A stretch of DNA of 64,000 bases from Eledone cirrhosa (taxonomy: Eukaryota): the NCBI GenBank assembly GCA_964016885.1, contig OZ024740.1:126294001-126358000 (forward strand), read 5' to 3'. Positions 27,810 to 41,434 of the stretch are shown one piece after another. A program made the translations under genes and the position numbers. Below the pieces are notes generated by a model. The model was not told the origin of the DNA, ran no database searches, and was given only the letters and a program-made list of their open reading frames with translations. Numbering within the stretch: the stretch's first letter is position 1; each line of letters opens with the position of its first letter.

Positions 27810-29915
27810 GGTAACATCTCAGGGCTAACACACTCAGTGCAGACTTTCTAAAAGTTAGATCGGGAAGAATTGTGGAGTTGCTTGAGTGGAGACAACACGA
27901 CTGCATACACTCAAATAAAATAGTTAGAAGCTTTTCCGGGTAGGAAATGACTATATGGAAGGTTGGGTAGGCATTCTACTAGCTGAGAAGTAGATGGGTA
28001 ATGAAGTAGATATAGTTAGAGAAAGCGACAGAATTATCATTCTCAGAATAGTTGTAGACAATAGAATGACTACAATTATCTATACCTATGCACCATATGC
28101 AGGTCTGAGTAGAGAATAGAAGGATCGTTTCTATGAAAAACATTTACATCCGATCTCAGGTACAGATGGTAGACAAGTTCAATAGACATGTAGCAACAGG
28201 AGAGAGGTATTGAAGTACGCACTGGATGTGGTTATTGCTTGAGTAATTAGGCTTCTTTAATTTTGTGAATCAACTAATCACTTACCATTCAGGTGAACAC
28301 AAGACCCAGATTGACTTCCTACTTTTCTACTTGTCAGAAAAAGAAGATGGAGAGCTAATTATAAATGCTGCAGCCTTCTCAAGGGAAGAATATACCACCA
28401 AACATAAGTTAGTTATTAATTAAATCAGAATAAAGACAAAACACACAGGAGAGATTGGAAGCTAATGCACCTTCCTGTTAAATGTAGGTTTAGAAAAGCT
28501 CTCCCTGATGCATGAGAGGGGAGAGGAGTCATATATATGTGACATAGAGGACAATGGGTAATTCTCACGTGACCACTTACTGCGAAATACTGATTTGACT
28601 CGTGGCTGAGGCAAAGCAGAAAGCGACCTGTTGCTGTAACAACCCAGTGGATAGATCTATTAAGGCCAAGTGACAGGCGTGGAAAAACCTAAAAGATGGC
28701 GTCAGCTGAGATCGGGTTCAGGTAGCTAAAAGATAGCTAGACGAAAAATATACAGAGCACACAAAGTTTGACAATGTCTTGCGCCGTGCGTATCAGAGAC
28801 GTGGGTGCGTTCTGTGTACAATGAATGGGAGGAAGAAAGACCACCCACAGTTGACACAACAGAAGGAACAACTATCGAAATAACAATTATAAGATTGAAG
28901 AAGTTATCAATATGATGAAGAATATTAAAAGTGCGGGACAGTCAGAGATGGTCACCGAGATGCTAAAAACATTAGGAGAAATAGGAGCTGAACCTGCATA
29001 TTTAATCAGGTAATACAGGATGGAATCATACCCAATTACTGGCAGAGCTGTACGATCATAAGTTGCTACATGGGCAGATATGATGCTTTAAAATGCACCA
29101 AAGGCATAGAACTTAAAGGACTAAGTTATGAAAGTGATGAGAAGATTTTTAGTGCAGCTAATTAGGGAAAGAGAAGAAATTTCTTAGATGCTGTCTGTTT
29201 TATGCTTGGAAGATGTATTATAGGTGCACTCTTCATAAAGAGACAACTAAAAGTGAATAAGGTGCTACATTTTGCGTTTGGTCATCTAGAAAAGGCTTTT
29301 GACAGATTTGCTATAGCTGTCATCTAGGCATCCTTAAGGAAACCTTGTGTTGATTAGTGGCACCTGAGAGCAGTAAAAACTATGTACAAAGGAGTGAACT
29401 AAGAGTTCGAGAGGAATATAGTGAGAAATTCAACGTAACGGTAGAAGTGCTTCAGCGTTCAGTCCTCAACTCAATTCTGTTCATGATAGTTTTCCAGGCC
29501 ATAACAAAGGAGTCCATAGGAAATCCTGAATTGGTTCTTATATCTGAATCCGTAGAAATATAAGAAAATAAGTTCCCACTGTGGAAAGGGAATATAGAAT
29601 CAAGAGTGCTGAGAGGAAACTACACTCCTAGTAAGTAGGGAAGAATACATATCCCTGATCACATCACGGAAAAGCTCTTGTTCGATATGCAAAACGGAGT
29701 AGGCAGAAACTCTATACGACTTACACAATGCAAACATTAGGTACACAATAACTGTAGACGTATATCAGGCAAACTAACAAGAAAGGAAGAATTCGTATTT
29801 AATAGATGTACAGAGGTAATTGATAGGAAGATCGCCAGATTTATAAACCTTTTCTGTTTTCAGGAAGGATCCATAGCTTCTGGTGTCTTGGTGATCTAAC
29901 TAGCATTGTGAGTGA

Positions 29916-29946
<31 letters not shown>

Positions 29947-30425
29947 GGTGTGGGGGGGTATGTGCGTGTGTGCACATGTGTGTGTAGGGAGTAGAATAAA
30001 AGGTTTCTCAGCACGAATGAAATGATAAGTGTTTGGACACGGGTGTTTGATGTACGATGGTGCGTAGGAACGAAACATGGATGCAGAGGATATGCGTAGG
30101 TTAACGAGAGATGAATCAGGTATGCTTCACTAGATGTGCAATGTTAATGTGCGAGAACGATCCTTCTTGAGTGGACTGATATAAAATCTGGGTATAAGAG
30201 GATTAGAATGTATTAGAATGTATGAGAGTGAATGGGCTAGACTGTTATGCACGATATTTGGGTAAAGTGGTGCCATCAAATCCCAGCTCTAGGAAGCTGC
30301 AGAAGGAGAACACGGATGAAGGCCTAGATCTCAATTCAATGAAACTCAAGCGATAGATAATAAAATGATCGAGATGTGTGGAGAGATGCTGAAATGAAGA
30401 AAATGTTCCAATCCACTCCACGTAA
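27810..30425 (+). mobile_element. Decayed near-full-length RTE-clade LINE
   Basis: APE remnants (RSGRIVELLE, YAP, TQIDFL), RT remnants (HLEKAFDR, VLQRSVLNSILFMIV), a Cys-rich insert (CSICK.GVGRNSIR.TQCKH) and 3' motifs. It has many stops and the ends are approximate. Confidence 0.75.
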
Positions 30426-30451
30426 GCGTGTAAAAGCGATTGTAAAAGTAA

Positions 30452-30520
<69 letters not shown>

Positions 30521-30522
<2 letters not shown>

Positions 30523-31173
30523 AAAGATTGTATTGGGTTAGAAACTCAAAATAGTCTCATTACAGTAAATTAGCTCTAGGAAAATGGGTTTTTCCGATTA
30601 TATAACTAAACAAAAAGAAAAAAAAACGAACACAGACATATATATATATATATATGTGTGTTCAAATCGTAATGGACCAAAATCGTTAAGGTGAAAAAAA
30701 TACTAACTACAGACAATAGGGTTTGCCGGACTCAATTTAAGAACAAATTAAGTTTCTAACGCAATGCAAGCTTTTGATATATTCGGCTCCGCTAATTTCG
30801 TAGAGCTATTTCAAATGTCGTGTAGACCCGGCTGCTATTTTTAGTGGCGTAAGTCTGCTCGACACGTTAAGTTCGGGAACCATGTGTGTTATATATACAC
30901 ACACTTTCCAGTTTTCTAATTTATTTAGAAGTAGAAGTGAGGAGTATACTAATTTCAACACCCACTGATGAGCCTGGAATTTGTATTTCTCTTCACAATT
31001 AATATTGCGAAAGGTTATATCAAAGACCGTCTCGGTGATGGTATTTACCACAATACTGGTTTGTATTTATTTTTCTTAATTTGTTCTTAAATTGAGTCCA
31101 GCAAACCCTATTGTCTGTAGTTAGTAATGTTTCCACCTTAACGATTTTGGTCCATTACGATTTGAACAGACAC
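30521..31173 (+). mobile_element. Retrozyme-like element R2, copy 1 (5' inverted segment plus forward segment)
   Basis: 30753-31173 matches 32219-32640. 30521-30752 is an inverted piece that crosses the junction between unit end and unit start. Confidence 0.8.
30959..31037 (+). ncRNA. Three-stem type I hammerhead ribozyme (R2 copy 1)
   Basis: CACCCA-CTGATGA-GC...GC-GAAA-(C)GGT-TATATCAAAG-ACCG-TC-TCGGTG, with a GUC triplet. Confidence 0.75.
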
Positions 31174-31186
31174 ATATATATATAAT

Positions 31187-32006
31187 ATTAGGGATACTAT
31201 TTATGGTTATGTATATATTAAAACTGTTTATAGTTATGTATATTTTAAACCCTAACAATGAAGGTCAGTAATTTATTACTACCTTATTACCAGCAAGATA
31301 AATAGCTCAATGTAATAACATCAGTTGTTTTACAGAGCAGTTATATAGAATTCACAAGAATCAAAGCTATGTTCAAAGCATTTATTCACTTACAATTGTT
31401 TCATCCAAACCTAAGCTTGAGTTCTTCGGGGAATTTTTCAATTTTTGTACACATAACTTTCTTTTGCTTCTTCTTTTTATTTTTATTTTTCTGCACACAT
31501 ACTTTTTTGTTCTATACAAAAAATACCTTACCACTACAACCACCGTAATAATCTTGCTTACCCGCTTAAAGTGCTTGCATTACGTGTAACACCCTGCCGC
31601 ACAATAATAGTATAAAAATGAGACATTCTTGCATGCTCCATGTGTAACTAACGCATACACTACCTACTAGATCTGACTATCAAACTATCCTCTTGCATTA
31701 TCTGTGTTATCTGCTGAATGTATTTTAATTTTAATTTTAATTTTAATTTTAATTTTAATTTTAATTTTAATTTTGATTTTGATTTTGAATTTGAATTGCT
31801 GTACAAAAATAGTATAGTATAATATATGTCACTCCACTGTACATCAATATATATATATATGTATCTGTATGTCTCTTGCGTTGGAAAGGAGGTCAATTAT
31901 GTGTACAAACATTGAAAAATGCTCCGAAGACTCCAAGCCTAGGTTTGGATGAAACAATTGTAAGTGAATAAATGCTTAGAACATAGCTTTGATTCTTGTG
32001 AATTTT
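31187..32006. mobile_element. Non-coding PLE-type element, family E (inverted arms with a variant HHR)
   Basis: 31349-31455 is inverted to 31897-32004. CCGAAGA-CTCCAAGCCTAGGTTTGGAT-GAAA-CAATTG-TA lies at 31924-31962. The tail 31187-31348 is also present at 43325-43471. Confidence 0.7.
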
Positions 32007-32042
32007 CTCTCTGTCTCTCTCTCTCTCTCTCTTTCTCTCTCT

Positions 32043-32130
<88 letters not shown>

Positions 32131-32133
<3 letters not shown>

Positions 32134-32681
32134 TGTGTTCGTTTTTTTCCTTTTTGTACATACGGCTCGGTAAGGCCTTTTTCCTAGAGCTAATTTACTG
32201 TAATGAGACTATTTTGAGTTTCTAACTCAATACAAGCTTTTGATATATTCGGCTCCGTTAATTTCGTAGAGCTATTTCAAATGTCGTGTAGACCCGGCTG
32301 ATATTTTTAGTGGCGTAAGTCTGCGCGACACGCTAAGTCTGGGAACTATGTGCGTTATATATACACAGACTTTCCAGTTTTCTATTTGATTTAGAAGTAG
32401 AAGTGAGGACTATACTAATTTCAACACACACGGATGAGCCTGGAAATGGTATATCTCTTCACAATTAATATTGCGAAACGGTTATATCAAAGACCGCCTG
32501 GGTGATGGTAGTTACCACAATACTGGTTTCTATTTATTTTTCTTAATTTGTTCTTAAATTGAGTCAAGCAAACCCTATTGTCTGTAGTTAGTATTTTTTT
32601 CACCTTAGCGATTTTGGGCCATTACGATTTGAACACACATATATATGTCTGTGTTCGTCTTTTTTTAACTTTTTGTTCAGT
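32131..32681 (+). mobile_element. Retrozyme-like element R2, copy 2 (516-bp unit plus short terminal repeat)
   Basis: GTCTGTGTTCGT at 32131 recurs at 32647. The HHR is at 32425-32504 and the flanks are (TA)n. Confidence 0.8.
32425..32504 (+). ncRNA. Three-stem type I hammerhead ribozyme (R2 copy 2, core mutated)
   Basis: CACACA-CGGATGA-GC...GC-GAAA-CGGT-TATATCAAAG-ACCG-CC-TGGGTG. Confidence 0.65.
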
Positions 32682-32682
32682 A

Positions 32683-32708
<26 letters not shown>

Positions 32709-32714
<6 letters not shown>

Positions 32715-34000
32715 ATACTTTGGGAGGGTCATGTTGCCAATAAAAAACACACGCACCATAGCTTTCACTCCAATTTATTATAAATTAAAAAATATTTTCA
32801 AACAAATTTTGTTTTTTTTGTTTTTTTAATAACTTTAATATTTTTTTTGTTTTTTTAATAACTTTAATAAATTTCCGGTTCGTTGGTTGGTTCCACAACA
32901 GGACGGTTGTTCATATAACGTCAAAGTTCTTTCGTCACACATGATATGACCTCTTCAGTGACTGGGGATTATTTTCTTTGTTTTGTGCCTCTCCTTTGAT
33001 CTGTCCTACGCCATCTTGTTTTTGTGTGTGTTGTGTGCTTAGTTTGCGCATGTGTTTTATCCGGGTGTCTGTGTGTGTTTTATTTGTTTATTTATTTGTT
33101 TATTTACATGTTACTGGTTGGTTGTTTGTTCTATGTGTGAGTGTTTTCATTTTGTCCTTAATTGTAAGTTGTGATTTTGCTATTCCATTCATGTTTTCTA
33201 TTTAATTTTGGTTGGAGTTCATTTATGTTTATTGCCTCTGTGATTTGTCTAAACATTTCGTCTTGTGTGTGTTTAGATTTTATTTTTATTTCTATGTTCT
33301 CTAATTTGCTCTTATGTTCTATTTTAGCATGTTGGTGGAATATTGATGATTCTTTTCTATCTTGAAGCTCTCGCCAGTGTTCATTTCATCGTTCTCCTAT
33401 ACTAAGAGCTGTCTCACCTATGTACACTATATTCTTATATTTACATTGTCCTTCAGTAAATCTTCTTCTATATACTATGTTTCTAATTATACAGTTAATA
33501 TGGGGGTTAGTTTACAGATTATGCATTTCTTATCTATACAGAGAGGTCTTTGAAAAGGGTATGTATTACTAATAATTGTTTTTTATGGACGTACCTGGTC
33601 TTTCTATTATCTTAATATTAAATTTAAGTTTATCTAGGGCCCTTCTAAATTTGTATGCTAATTCAACTCTAGGGGTTGCATTGATGAACATTACACTCAG
33701 GTATTTATTGCTATCATACCATGAGTTTATTCTATTAACCTTATTCCTAGTTCTTTCTATTCTATTCCAAAATTTGCTCCTGTACAAGAGGCAGGTCCCA
33801 TTTGTATCATTATTATTTATCATATGGAAAAAAAAAAAACATTTTTTTTGAAAATTCTTTTTTAATTTATAATAAATTGGAGTGAAAGCAATGGTGCGTG
33901 TGTTACTTATTGGCAACATGACCCTCTCAAAGTATAACAATATCGGTTTCAACACACGTTTTCAGATAAAGAATATTGCTAAACAAATTCAGAAACCAAA
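32709..34000 (-). mobile_element. Naiad-type PLE 3' copy (second subfamily) with ~115-bp inverted arms
   Basis: Minus-strand SWYDSNKYLSVMFINATPRVELA...KIIERPGTSIK, then GIY-YIG remnants. 32709-32825 is inverted to 33828-33942. Confidence 0.8.
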
Positions 34001-34014
34001 TATATATATATAAA

Positions 34015-34555
34015 TGAATTAAATATCTCACTGAGTACTAAGTACACATTGAGATATATAGGGTGTCTATAATATAATTGTTGTTCTATGGTACTAATTA
34101 GAGATACCAGAACTATAAAAATTGATGAGCAGAACAAACAAACATTAAACAATCCTTTAAATAATTTAAAAAATAATTTAAATATCTACCTGTTCATATT
34201 GCTATTACCGGCGGTTTCTGGATGGAAACCGCCGGTAATAGCATTACAAAAGATTGGAAATTCAGAGAATTTCCAACGGAAAGTAGATTTCATCAGATAG
34301 ATTATATCACAGAAAATCTTCTTCGTAGAATCAAGACGTATATAAGGACCTTGCGATTATCAGAGTCGGGTTCGATCATCGCATCGATCGAGCCTCGATC
34401 TGGTCGCCAGAGAAACGATTGTAGTATGTCCAATAAATTCCATTCGTCGCAACACTGATTCTCTTTTTTTCTTTTATATCATACTCTGCTCTATGAGAGC
34501 ATCGAGTGCTCAAACGGCCTACCGCATACGTACGCTTTAAGCATCCAAGAAGAGC

Positions 34556-34560
<5 letters not shown>
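34015..34560. mobile_element. Rearranged PLE pLTR material with hairpins and a split HHR
   Basis: A 19-bp-arm palindrome at 34200-34243 contains GAAA-CCGCCGG-TA-ATAG. CTAT-CTGATGA occurs on the minus strand at 34290-34300. A tail motif TACTC...GAGTGCT lies at 34482-34510. Confidence 0.5.
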
Positions 34561-34588
<28 letters not shown>

Positions 34589-34589
<1 letters not shown>

Positions 34590-35279
34590 GAGCAGTGGTA
34601 CCCATCGTTGCACGGGATAAGTTATTTTGGCACCCGGACCGCCAACAGACCTAATTGTGGAAAAACTGCATGCCTGGACGATATGTAAAGAAAATAAACC
34701 GAATACTCTGATGGCGGATAATCTAAGATTTTCCTCGATGAAGCAGGAAAAAGGCACGTTTTCAGCTAATGCGGGCCCTAGGAGATCAAGAAAATGATTT
34801 TTTTATGTGCATAATATGCCTTGAAATATCGGGAAAATCGGCTAGATGTAACGCCTCGAGAAATCCCTAAAATGGTTAAAAAAATGAAGTTTTTCACCTA
34901 ATGCCGGCCCTAGGCCATAAAAAAGTTGAATTTTCTTTGCTCACGGTATGAATAAGAGACTGACTAATACATAGTTACAATTTCAAGGATATCGTTCTGA
35001 CGTAACGCCTCAAAACACCACTATTATCTGGGAAAAACGCAGTTTATCACCTAATGCGGGCCCTAGGGGATCAAAAAGTTGAATTTTGTTTTATGTGCAT
35101 AACACTCACTGAAATATAAGTAATAAACATGTAAACTTTGAAAAAGATCGGTTGGGTACTTCTCGGGTTTTACACACACACCCACACACATACACACACA
35201 CACACATACACACATACACACATACACACATACACACATACATACATACATACATCCTTCCTCAGTTTTATATATATAC
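34589..35279 (-). mobile_element. Non-autonomous Helitron, copy 3
   Basis: Colinear with 2134-2765; the terminal CTAG is mutated. Confidence 0.8.
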
Positions 35280-35289
35280 ACATATATAG

Positions 35290-35405
35290 ATTAAAATAAC
35301 AGATTAAAATTTAAGCAAATAATCGTTGCTTTCACCCTTAACGAGATCTTCTGAAACTAAAAACATCAATCTGTGAACGCAGAAGTAAATATTTCGAAAA
35401 ACGTT
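35290..35405 (-). mobile_element. Family B arm fragment
   Basis: Matches 7794-7890 and 43552-43665. Confidence 0.75.
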
Positions 35406-35537
35406 GAATTATGATTTATCGATATCACCTCATTGAGTGGTTTGTGCCAGTTTCAAACGATTGATTTCGAAAAATGCTAATCGCAGCTGCAACTTTAATA
35501 TTACTCACTATTATACATATATATATATATATATATA

Positions 35538-35788
35538 TTAATTCAGCGAGAATCGCATTTCGGCGGGTAGAAAAAGCGAAACAACGAAAATTCCGAGTCA
35601 TGCTGGCAAGCGCTCCATGTGCTAAAAAGACCAGAGCAATAAATATAGGTTATAAAGGCAATACAAACTGAGAAGGCTATTAACCACCTAAAGCAAAATA
35701 CAAGTCAAGCTAAACATGTCGGACAAAATATATGACATATTCATATATATATATACACACATATATATATATGTATATATATATATAC

Positions 35789-35854
<66 letters not shown>

Positions 35855-36321
35855 CACTTAGACCCTTGGAATTGATGGTACAATCCAGTGCAGGGTTTCT
35901 GCGACACCTAAATCAATAATACAGTCTGCTTAAAACAATAAGCTTTTGGTATAATGATCGAACCAGGAGTATCACGTTATCAACAGGTATTTTATTCTGC
36001 GCCAGTGTTGTGGATGACACAGCGTTTTGTAAAAGCACATGTGTAACTCACAGGGGAAAAACCCCAGATTTTGACAGATGAAATCAGTATGTGTAAATCC
36101 ATGCAAAAAATCGCATAAATAGCACAAATCGAATAAGCTCTCAACCAGGAAGTTTTTAAAATAAATTTATGCAATTAATCTGTCAATAGAACTATTAACA
36201 GGTTAATTGTAACACTAGGGAGTTCAATACAAATATAAATTCAGCGAGAATCGTATTTCGGCCGATAGAAAAAGCGAAACGTAACGCAAATTCCGAGTCA
36301 TGCTGGCAAGCGCTCCATGGG

Positions 36322-36326
<5 letters not shown>
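35538..36326 (-). mobile_element. Partial-tandem non-coding element R3 with a decayed HHR-like fold
   Basis: An ~87-bp direct repeat lies at 35540-35625 and 36239-36326. There is HHR-like topology at 35918-35991 (minus strand), and the flanks are (TA)n. Confidence 0.55.
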
Positions 36327-36668
<342 letters not shown>

Positions 36669-38699
36669 GCGTGTGTGTGTGTGTGCGCGCGCGTGTGTCC
36701 GTAATTAACACACAAACATGCACACAATATATGTCCTATCCTATTTACTTTTTGCTACAATGAGATTTTTGTAGTAAATTAATTTCATAATTAATACACT
36801 CTTATAAATGTTAGTTTCTTTTTGTGGAAGATGAGTTATTTACTAATTTTAGCAAATATATTACATTAAGTATATGAAAACGCATGTGATATCACCATAG
36901 GAATCAACTTAAATAATTTCAATACTATAGTAATTTCAAACAATTTTCATTGCCGTTTCACATTATAAAATTATGCCTGTCACATCTTGAAATCCACTCA
37001 TTAAAGTTGGACACACGTCTGTATAGAAGCATCTCACCTCACCAGTATACACATAATATTGCAAACGCCACGCAAATTTTATCAATTCAAACAACGTTTA
37101 GCACCAATTTCGAACAGCACCAAAATTAGCAGCGAAACCGGCCATCAAACATATAATGTATTATTGAATCATCCATCACTATTTTTATTAGTGTTCATTT
37201 TCAGAAAGATCCCTTCAAGAAAATCTTGAAAATCTCATGAATATTTCAATTTTCGCGACTTTTTCTTGCGTGATAACCTTTAACAAAGCCCATCAATAAT
37301 TATAACAGCGGCAACAAAAGTGGAAGTAAAACGAAAACAACTATAAAACCCGTAACTATAGCTGTTCCATTAATATACGGCCCAGCAGCTATTCATAAAT
37401 GGAATCTTTTAACAAAAATTGTTTGAATAATTGTCATTTTTCTTTTCGTTTTGAATGGATGACAAAGAGAGTTTGAACTTCACCTCGAGCTTAACCATAG
37501 TTTAACCGATAAACTTAGTTGATATTTCTACATTCTCTATCCTCCTTCAAAATGAGCAAGAAATTAGATTTGAAATGATACCGTGATAAAAACGAAAACA
37601 GATGAATTTCTGGTTGTGGTCGATGAGATATCTCTCAGTGATCTTTTTAAAGAAATATATCAATTAGATTTGATTTCGATCAAAATATCGAAATGGGTTA
37701 GGAAGAAAAATAAATAGAATATTGCTGCCATACAACGTGAAAACATGCAGAATATGGTTGACATTATAAAAGGGACCTGCAAACGTGGACTGTAATATGT
37801 TAACGTCTTGTTCTACATGAAGAATTGATTATATTTTAAGTTATTTGCGAGTGAAAACGAAGTGAATAATGACGTAAGCAACTACAATTTGGTGCGAAAG
37901 GAAATCCTAGTACTAAAATTATATTTAGAATAATGTCAGTAAATAGTTCTTAGAATATCATGCTAGAGGAAAACGTTAAGAACGTTCACTTCGTGTTTTA
38001 CGTCAATGTACTGACGGACGGAATCTTTTAAATAGATCTAACGGCAATTATAGGGACAATTAATGATAAATTAACTAATTAAAAATACATACAGAAAAAT
38101 AACTCACTGATAAATAAACACAAACTCACTCAGAAAATTAAAAGGTCGATATGGCCACTTAACCATCTAGAAATATCAACCAAATAGAGCCTAAATCACA
38201 GTCTATTCTATTTGCTTTGTCCGCTCATCCAACCTCTTGTCTCTCCTACCTTACTTTACTTTTAAAGAACGAAACACAAACTCTCGATACGTTGAGATAT
38301 TATTTTCCTTTTTTCCAATAATATTTTGTGTAATTGTTAGACGTGTTTGTTTTCTATTTTAATTTGAACCATATTCCAACTCTTACGCTCAACACATCCT
38401 ATTTCGAAACGACAACTCCACTTAACACGTTGTTACCAGTCCTTACCTCCGATCGCCAGGATTATCTACGGATTATCTATGATTTTAAAACTGTTCTTGC
38501 ACTTCCCAAATCTTCCGTGACCTTCACGCCTTTTTATCTTTTTTTTCTTTTTTGCTCTTTCGCTATTTTCTCCTTTACATTCCTTCTATTTTTTTTATTT
38601 TTACTTTCTTTTTTTCTCTCATTGGTCGCCCAATTATTTTTATTTTCTTTACCCTCTTCTTCTTCCACTCCCGTTTTATTCCTAACCCACTCAGCCCAA

Positions 38700-39400
38700 C
38701 CCCCAAAAAAAAAGAAAAATTGCATCATCTGCAATTTCACTCCACCCACGGAGCCCATTATTACATGATTCTCTCATCCTCACATTCCCGTCACCTTCAT
38801 TTTCACTCTCTTCCAGATCCGCCCCATCGACTGCCACCTTCTCGTCCATGTTAAACCTATCACCCTCTCCTCGCATATTTGATCTTTCAGTTCATCCAAC
38901 ATCCCAACTCCATTATACATCACAAACTCCGTTCTCATCTTCACCCCCTGCTTATAGCTGCCTCCTTCTCTCACCCAGTCACACCACCACCCACTCAATT
39001 CCAACTTCAGAACCCTCACCCTATCCGGTAACGAATTTCGTAACTACACACATGCCAAACGTTTCCTAAGCCGCAGAAAAATTCAAGCCCATTTTTTGGC
39101 AATCCTCCGGCTTCGAATAATTGTGACCGCTCTTTAGACCTACATCACCGACTATCACATTGGATTCTAGATGCCTGCGTTGAATGCCTCACATCGTACT
39201 TTACTAAACGTTCCTAGCGGAGGAACATCCCATTCGCCAACCTTATCCCGATGACATCGTCATCAAACTGTCTTGCAAGGGGGGCACCGTGATCATATGT
39301 CAATACGATGTTAACTTCTTAAGGACAACCCAGACAGCATCCCTGGAAACGGTGTTAAACGCTTTTATGAGATCAACGAAAATGGAAAAAAAGATCCTGT
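38700..39400 (+). mobile_element. Decayed PLE N-terminal/RT-entry fragment
   Basis: NEFRNYTHAKRFLSRRKIQAHF and DDIVIKLSCKGGTVII resemble the PLE F.RR.RL..HF and DIVIKPADKGG motifs. Confidence 0.5.
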
Positions 39401-39599
39401 GTTTTCCTGCAGTTGCCTCAGGCTGAAAACCATCTCCACAAAGCATCTGTAAGATCGAAAGCCACACTGTGATTCAGGCAAAACTTAATTGGTCAGAGCA
39501 TTGTTAAGTCTGTTCAAGATGACCCTGACAAGAATTATTCCGGCAACACACATAAAGGAAGTACCTCGATGGAGTTCGCATTCGTATGTATTGCCTTTG

Positions 39600-40950
39600 T
39601 GCTTATAATGATGGACAACAGATGCGTCTTTAAACTCCTGTGGAACTGATACTCATTCCTATATAGTAGTTATACGTTTGGATTATTAAATATGCTATTC
39701 GTATTGAGTGCGTATCTGCCGTGTCTTAGCCACAGGAATGCTTTAAATATCTTTGGAAAATTTACCAGATTCTAACCAGGAAATCTTCTTCTTCTTCTTC
39801 TTCTTCTTCTTCTTCTTCTTCTTCTTCTTCTTCTGCACTTAATTCAGCCTCCTGTCTTCCATCACGCGTGAACACGCCCCCGTGATACTTGAATGACTCT
39901 ACCTGCTTCAGTGGAACTCCATTCACGTTTAAAATGCACTGCGCAATCTTCCCTGAGTGAACAAGTGTCTCAGTATTCGAAGAATTGATTTTCGCTCCAG
40001 CCATGAAGCACTTGGCACAAAAATTATCAAGAGCAATTCGGAGAACATCTTCTGTCGAGTTTAATAACAACATGTCGTCTGCAAATTCTAACCGACTGAT
40101 TTTAGCCCCACCAGTCATAATACCCCATTGAACACGCCTAAGCATATGAATCCTGTTCATGTAAATAATAAACAGGAGAGGTGACACTACGCATTATTGG
40201 CGCAGTCCAACTCCCACATTGCATGGTTTCGAATTTGCACCATTCATCGGAACACAAATACTTGGGCATTCATATAGAGACATCTGATCAGAAAGAAGCT
40301 TACCCCATACTCCTGCAGCACCTTCCATAGCAGATCCCGAGGAACGTAATCATGCATTTTCAAGGTCGGCAAAACAAAAATATACTTTTTGGGAATAATC
40401 CCACGAATTCTGGAAGACCTAGCGCAGTATGAATAGTTGATCATCTGTGCTGCGCCCGTGGCGAAAGCCGCACTGTTCATCAGATAGCTAGAAGTCGGCA
40501 ATCTCCCTACATCTCTTTGCCAGACACTTAGCATAGCCTTTACCGAGAGGCTTAACAAAGAGATACTTCTGTAATTGAGTCAATCACTATTGTGTCCCTT
40601 TTTGAAAATTGGGATTATCTCTCCTGATTATCATTGCTGAGGTGCCTTTCCAGAGATCCAGGCCATCCGGCATACATGAGTCAGCCAGAGATTAACTTCT
40701 CTATTTATGGATTTAACATCTCGGTCTGAATTTCATCTTCCTCAGCGACGTTTCCACATTTGAGCTCTTTAACTGCTCTTTTGACTTCAGCCTCTGTGAG
40801 ATTAATCACCGATCCCAGATGCAGCGCGTGTACATCAAATGATGCTGTTGTGATCGGGTTTAGGAAATCAACAAAGTTTTCTCTCCACCTTGCAAGGATG
40901 CACCGAAACGACTCTTCAAGAGAAATCCGATAATGATGAATACTGTTCAA
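39600..40950 (-). mobile_element. RTE-clade LINE RT fragment
   Basis: ARWRENFVDFLNP, EAEVKRAVKELKCG..AEEDEI.TEML, SPLLFIIYM, EFADDML, LKQVESFKY.G. Confidence 0.85.
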
Positions 40951-41434
40951 TCAAACCTAATGTACCTTCATTAAAATTAAATATGAATATGCATTCCACA
41001 CACACTCCCCGACAAAACACACACACACACACACACTCACACACATACATATATATATATGCATTTTAAATGTCTGCCCAAAATATCATTTTGTTATTAT
41101 ATTGTACATATCAATTTTTTAATGTTTCGTATTATTTCACGATATTTTAAATTCTTTTTTCTTTAAGGAAAATCGATAATCTACTCTTGTTATATCTTAG
41201 ATCAATCTGCTTCATGTCATCTTACTTCATCCGGGTTGCCCAAATGTCACACGTTTACCACGGCAGAGTGATTATGATGTATGAAACAAAGAAACGAATA
41301 AATAAATTGCAATACATCTGACAACATTCTGTCTGAAGGAGGCGCTTGAAAGAAACCGGCCAATTTTATTAATACGATTTTTCCACCTTCAACATACACT
41401 TTGATTACCTTAACTTTTATATTGTTATATTTTT

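Noticed and set aside
36900-38100. hAT/Buster transposase remnant
   Set aside because: It is too decayed to support without a profile search.
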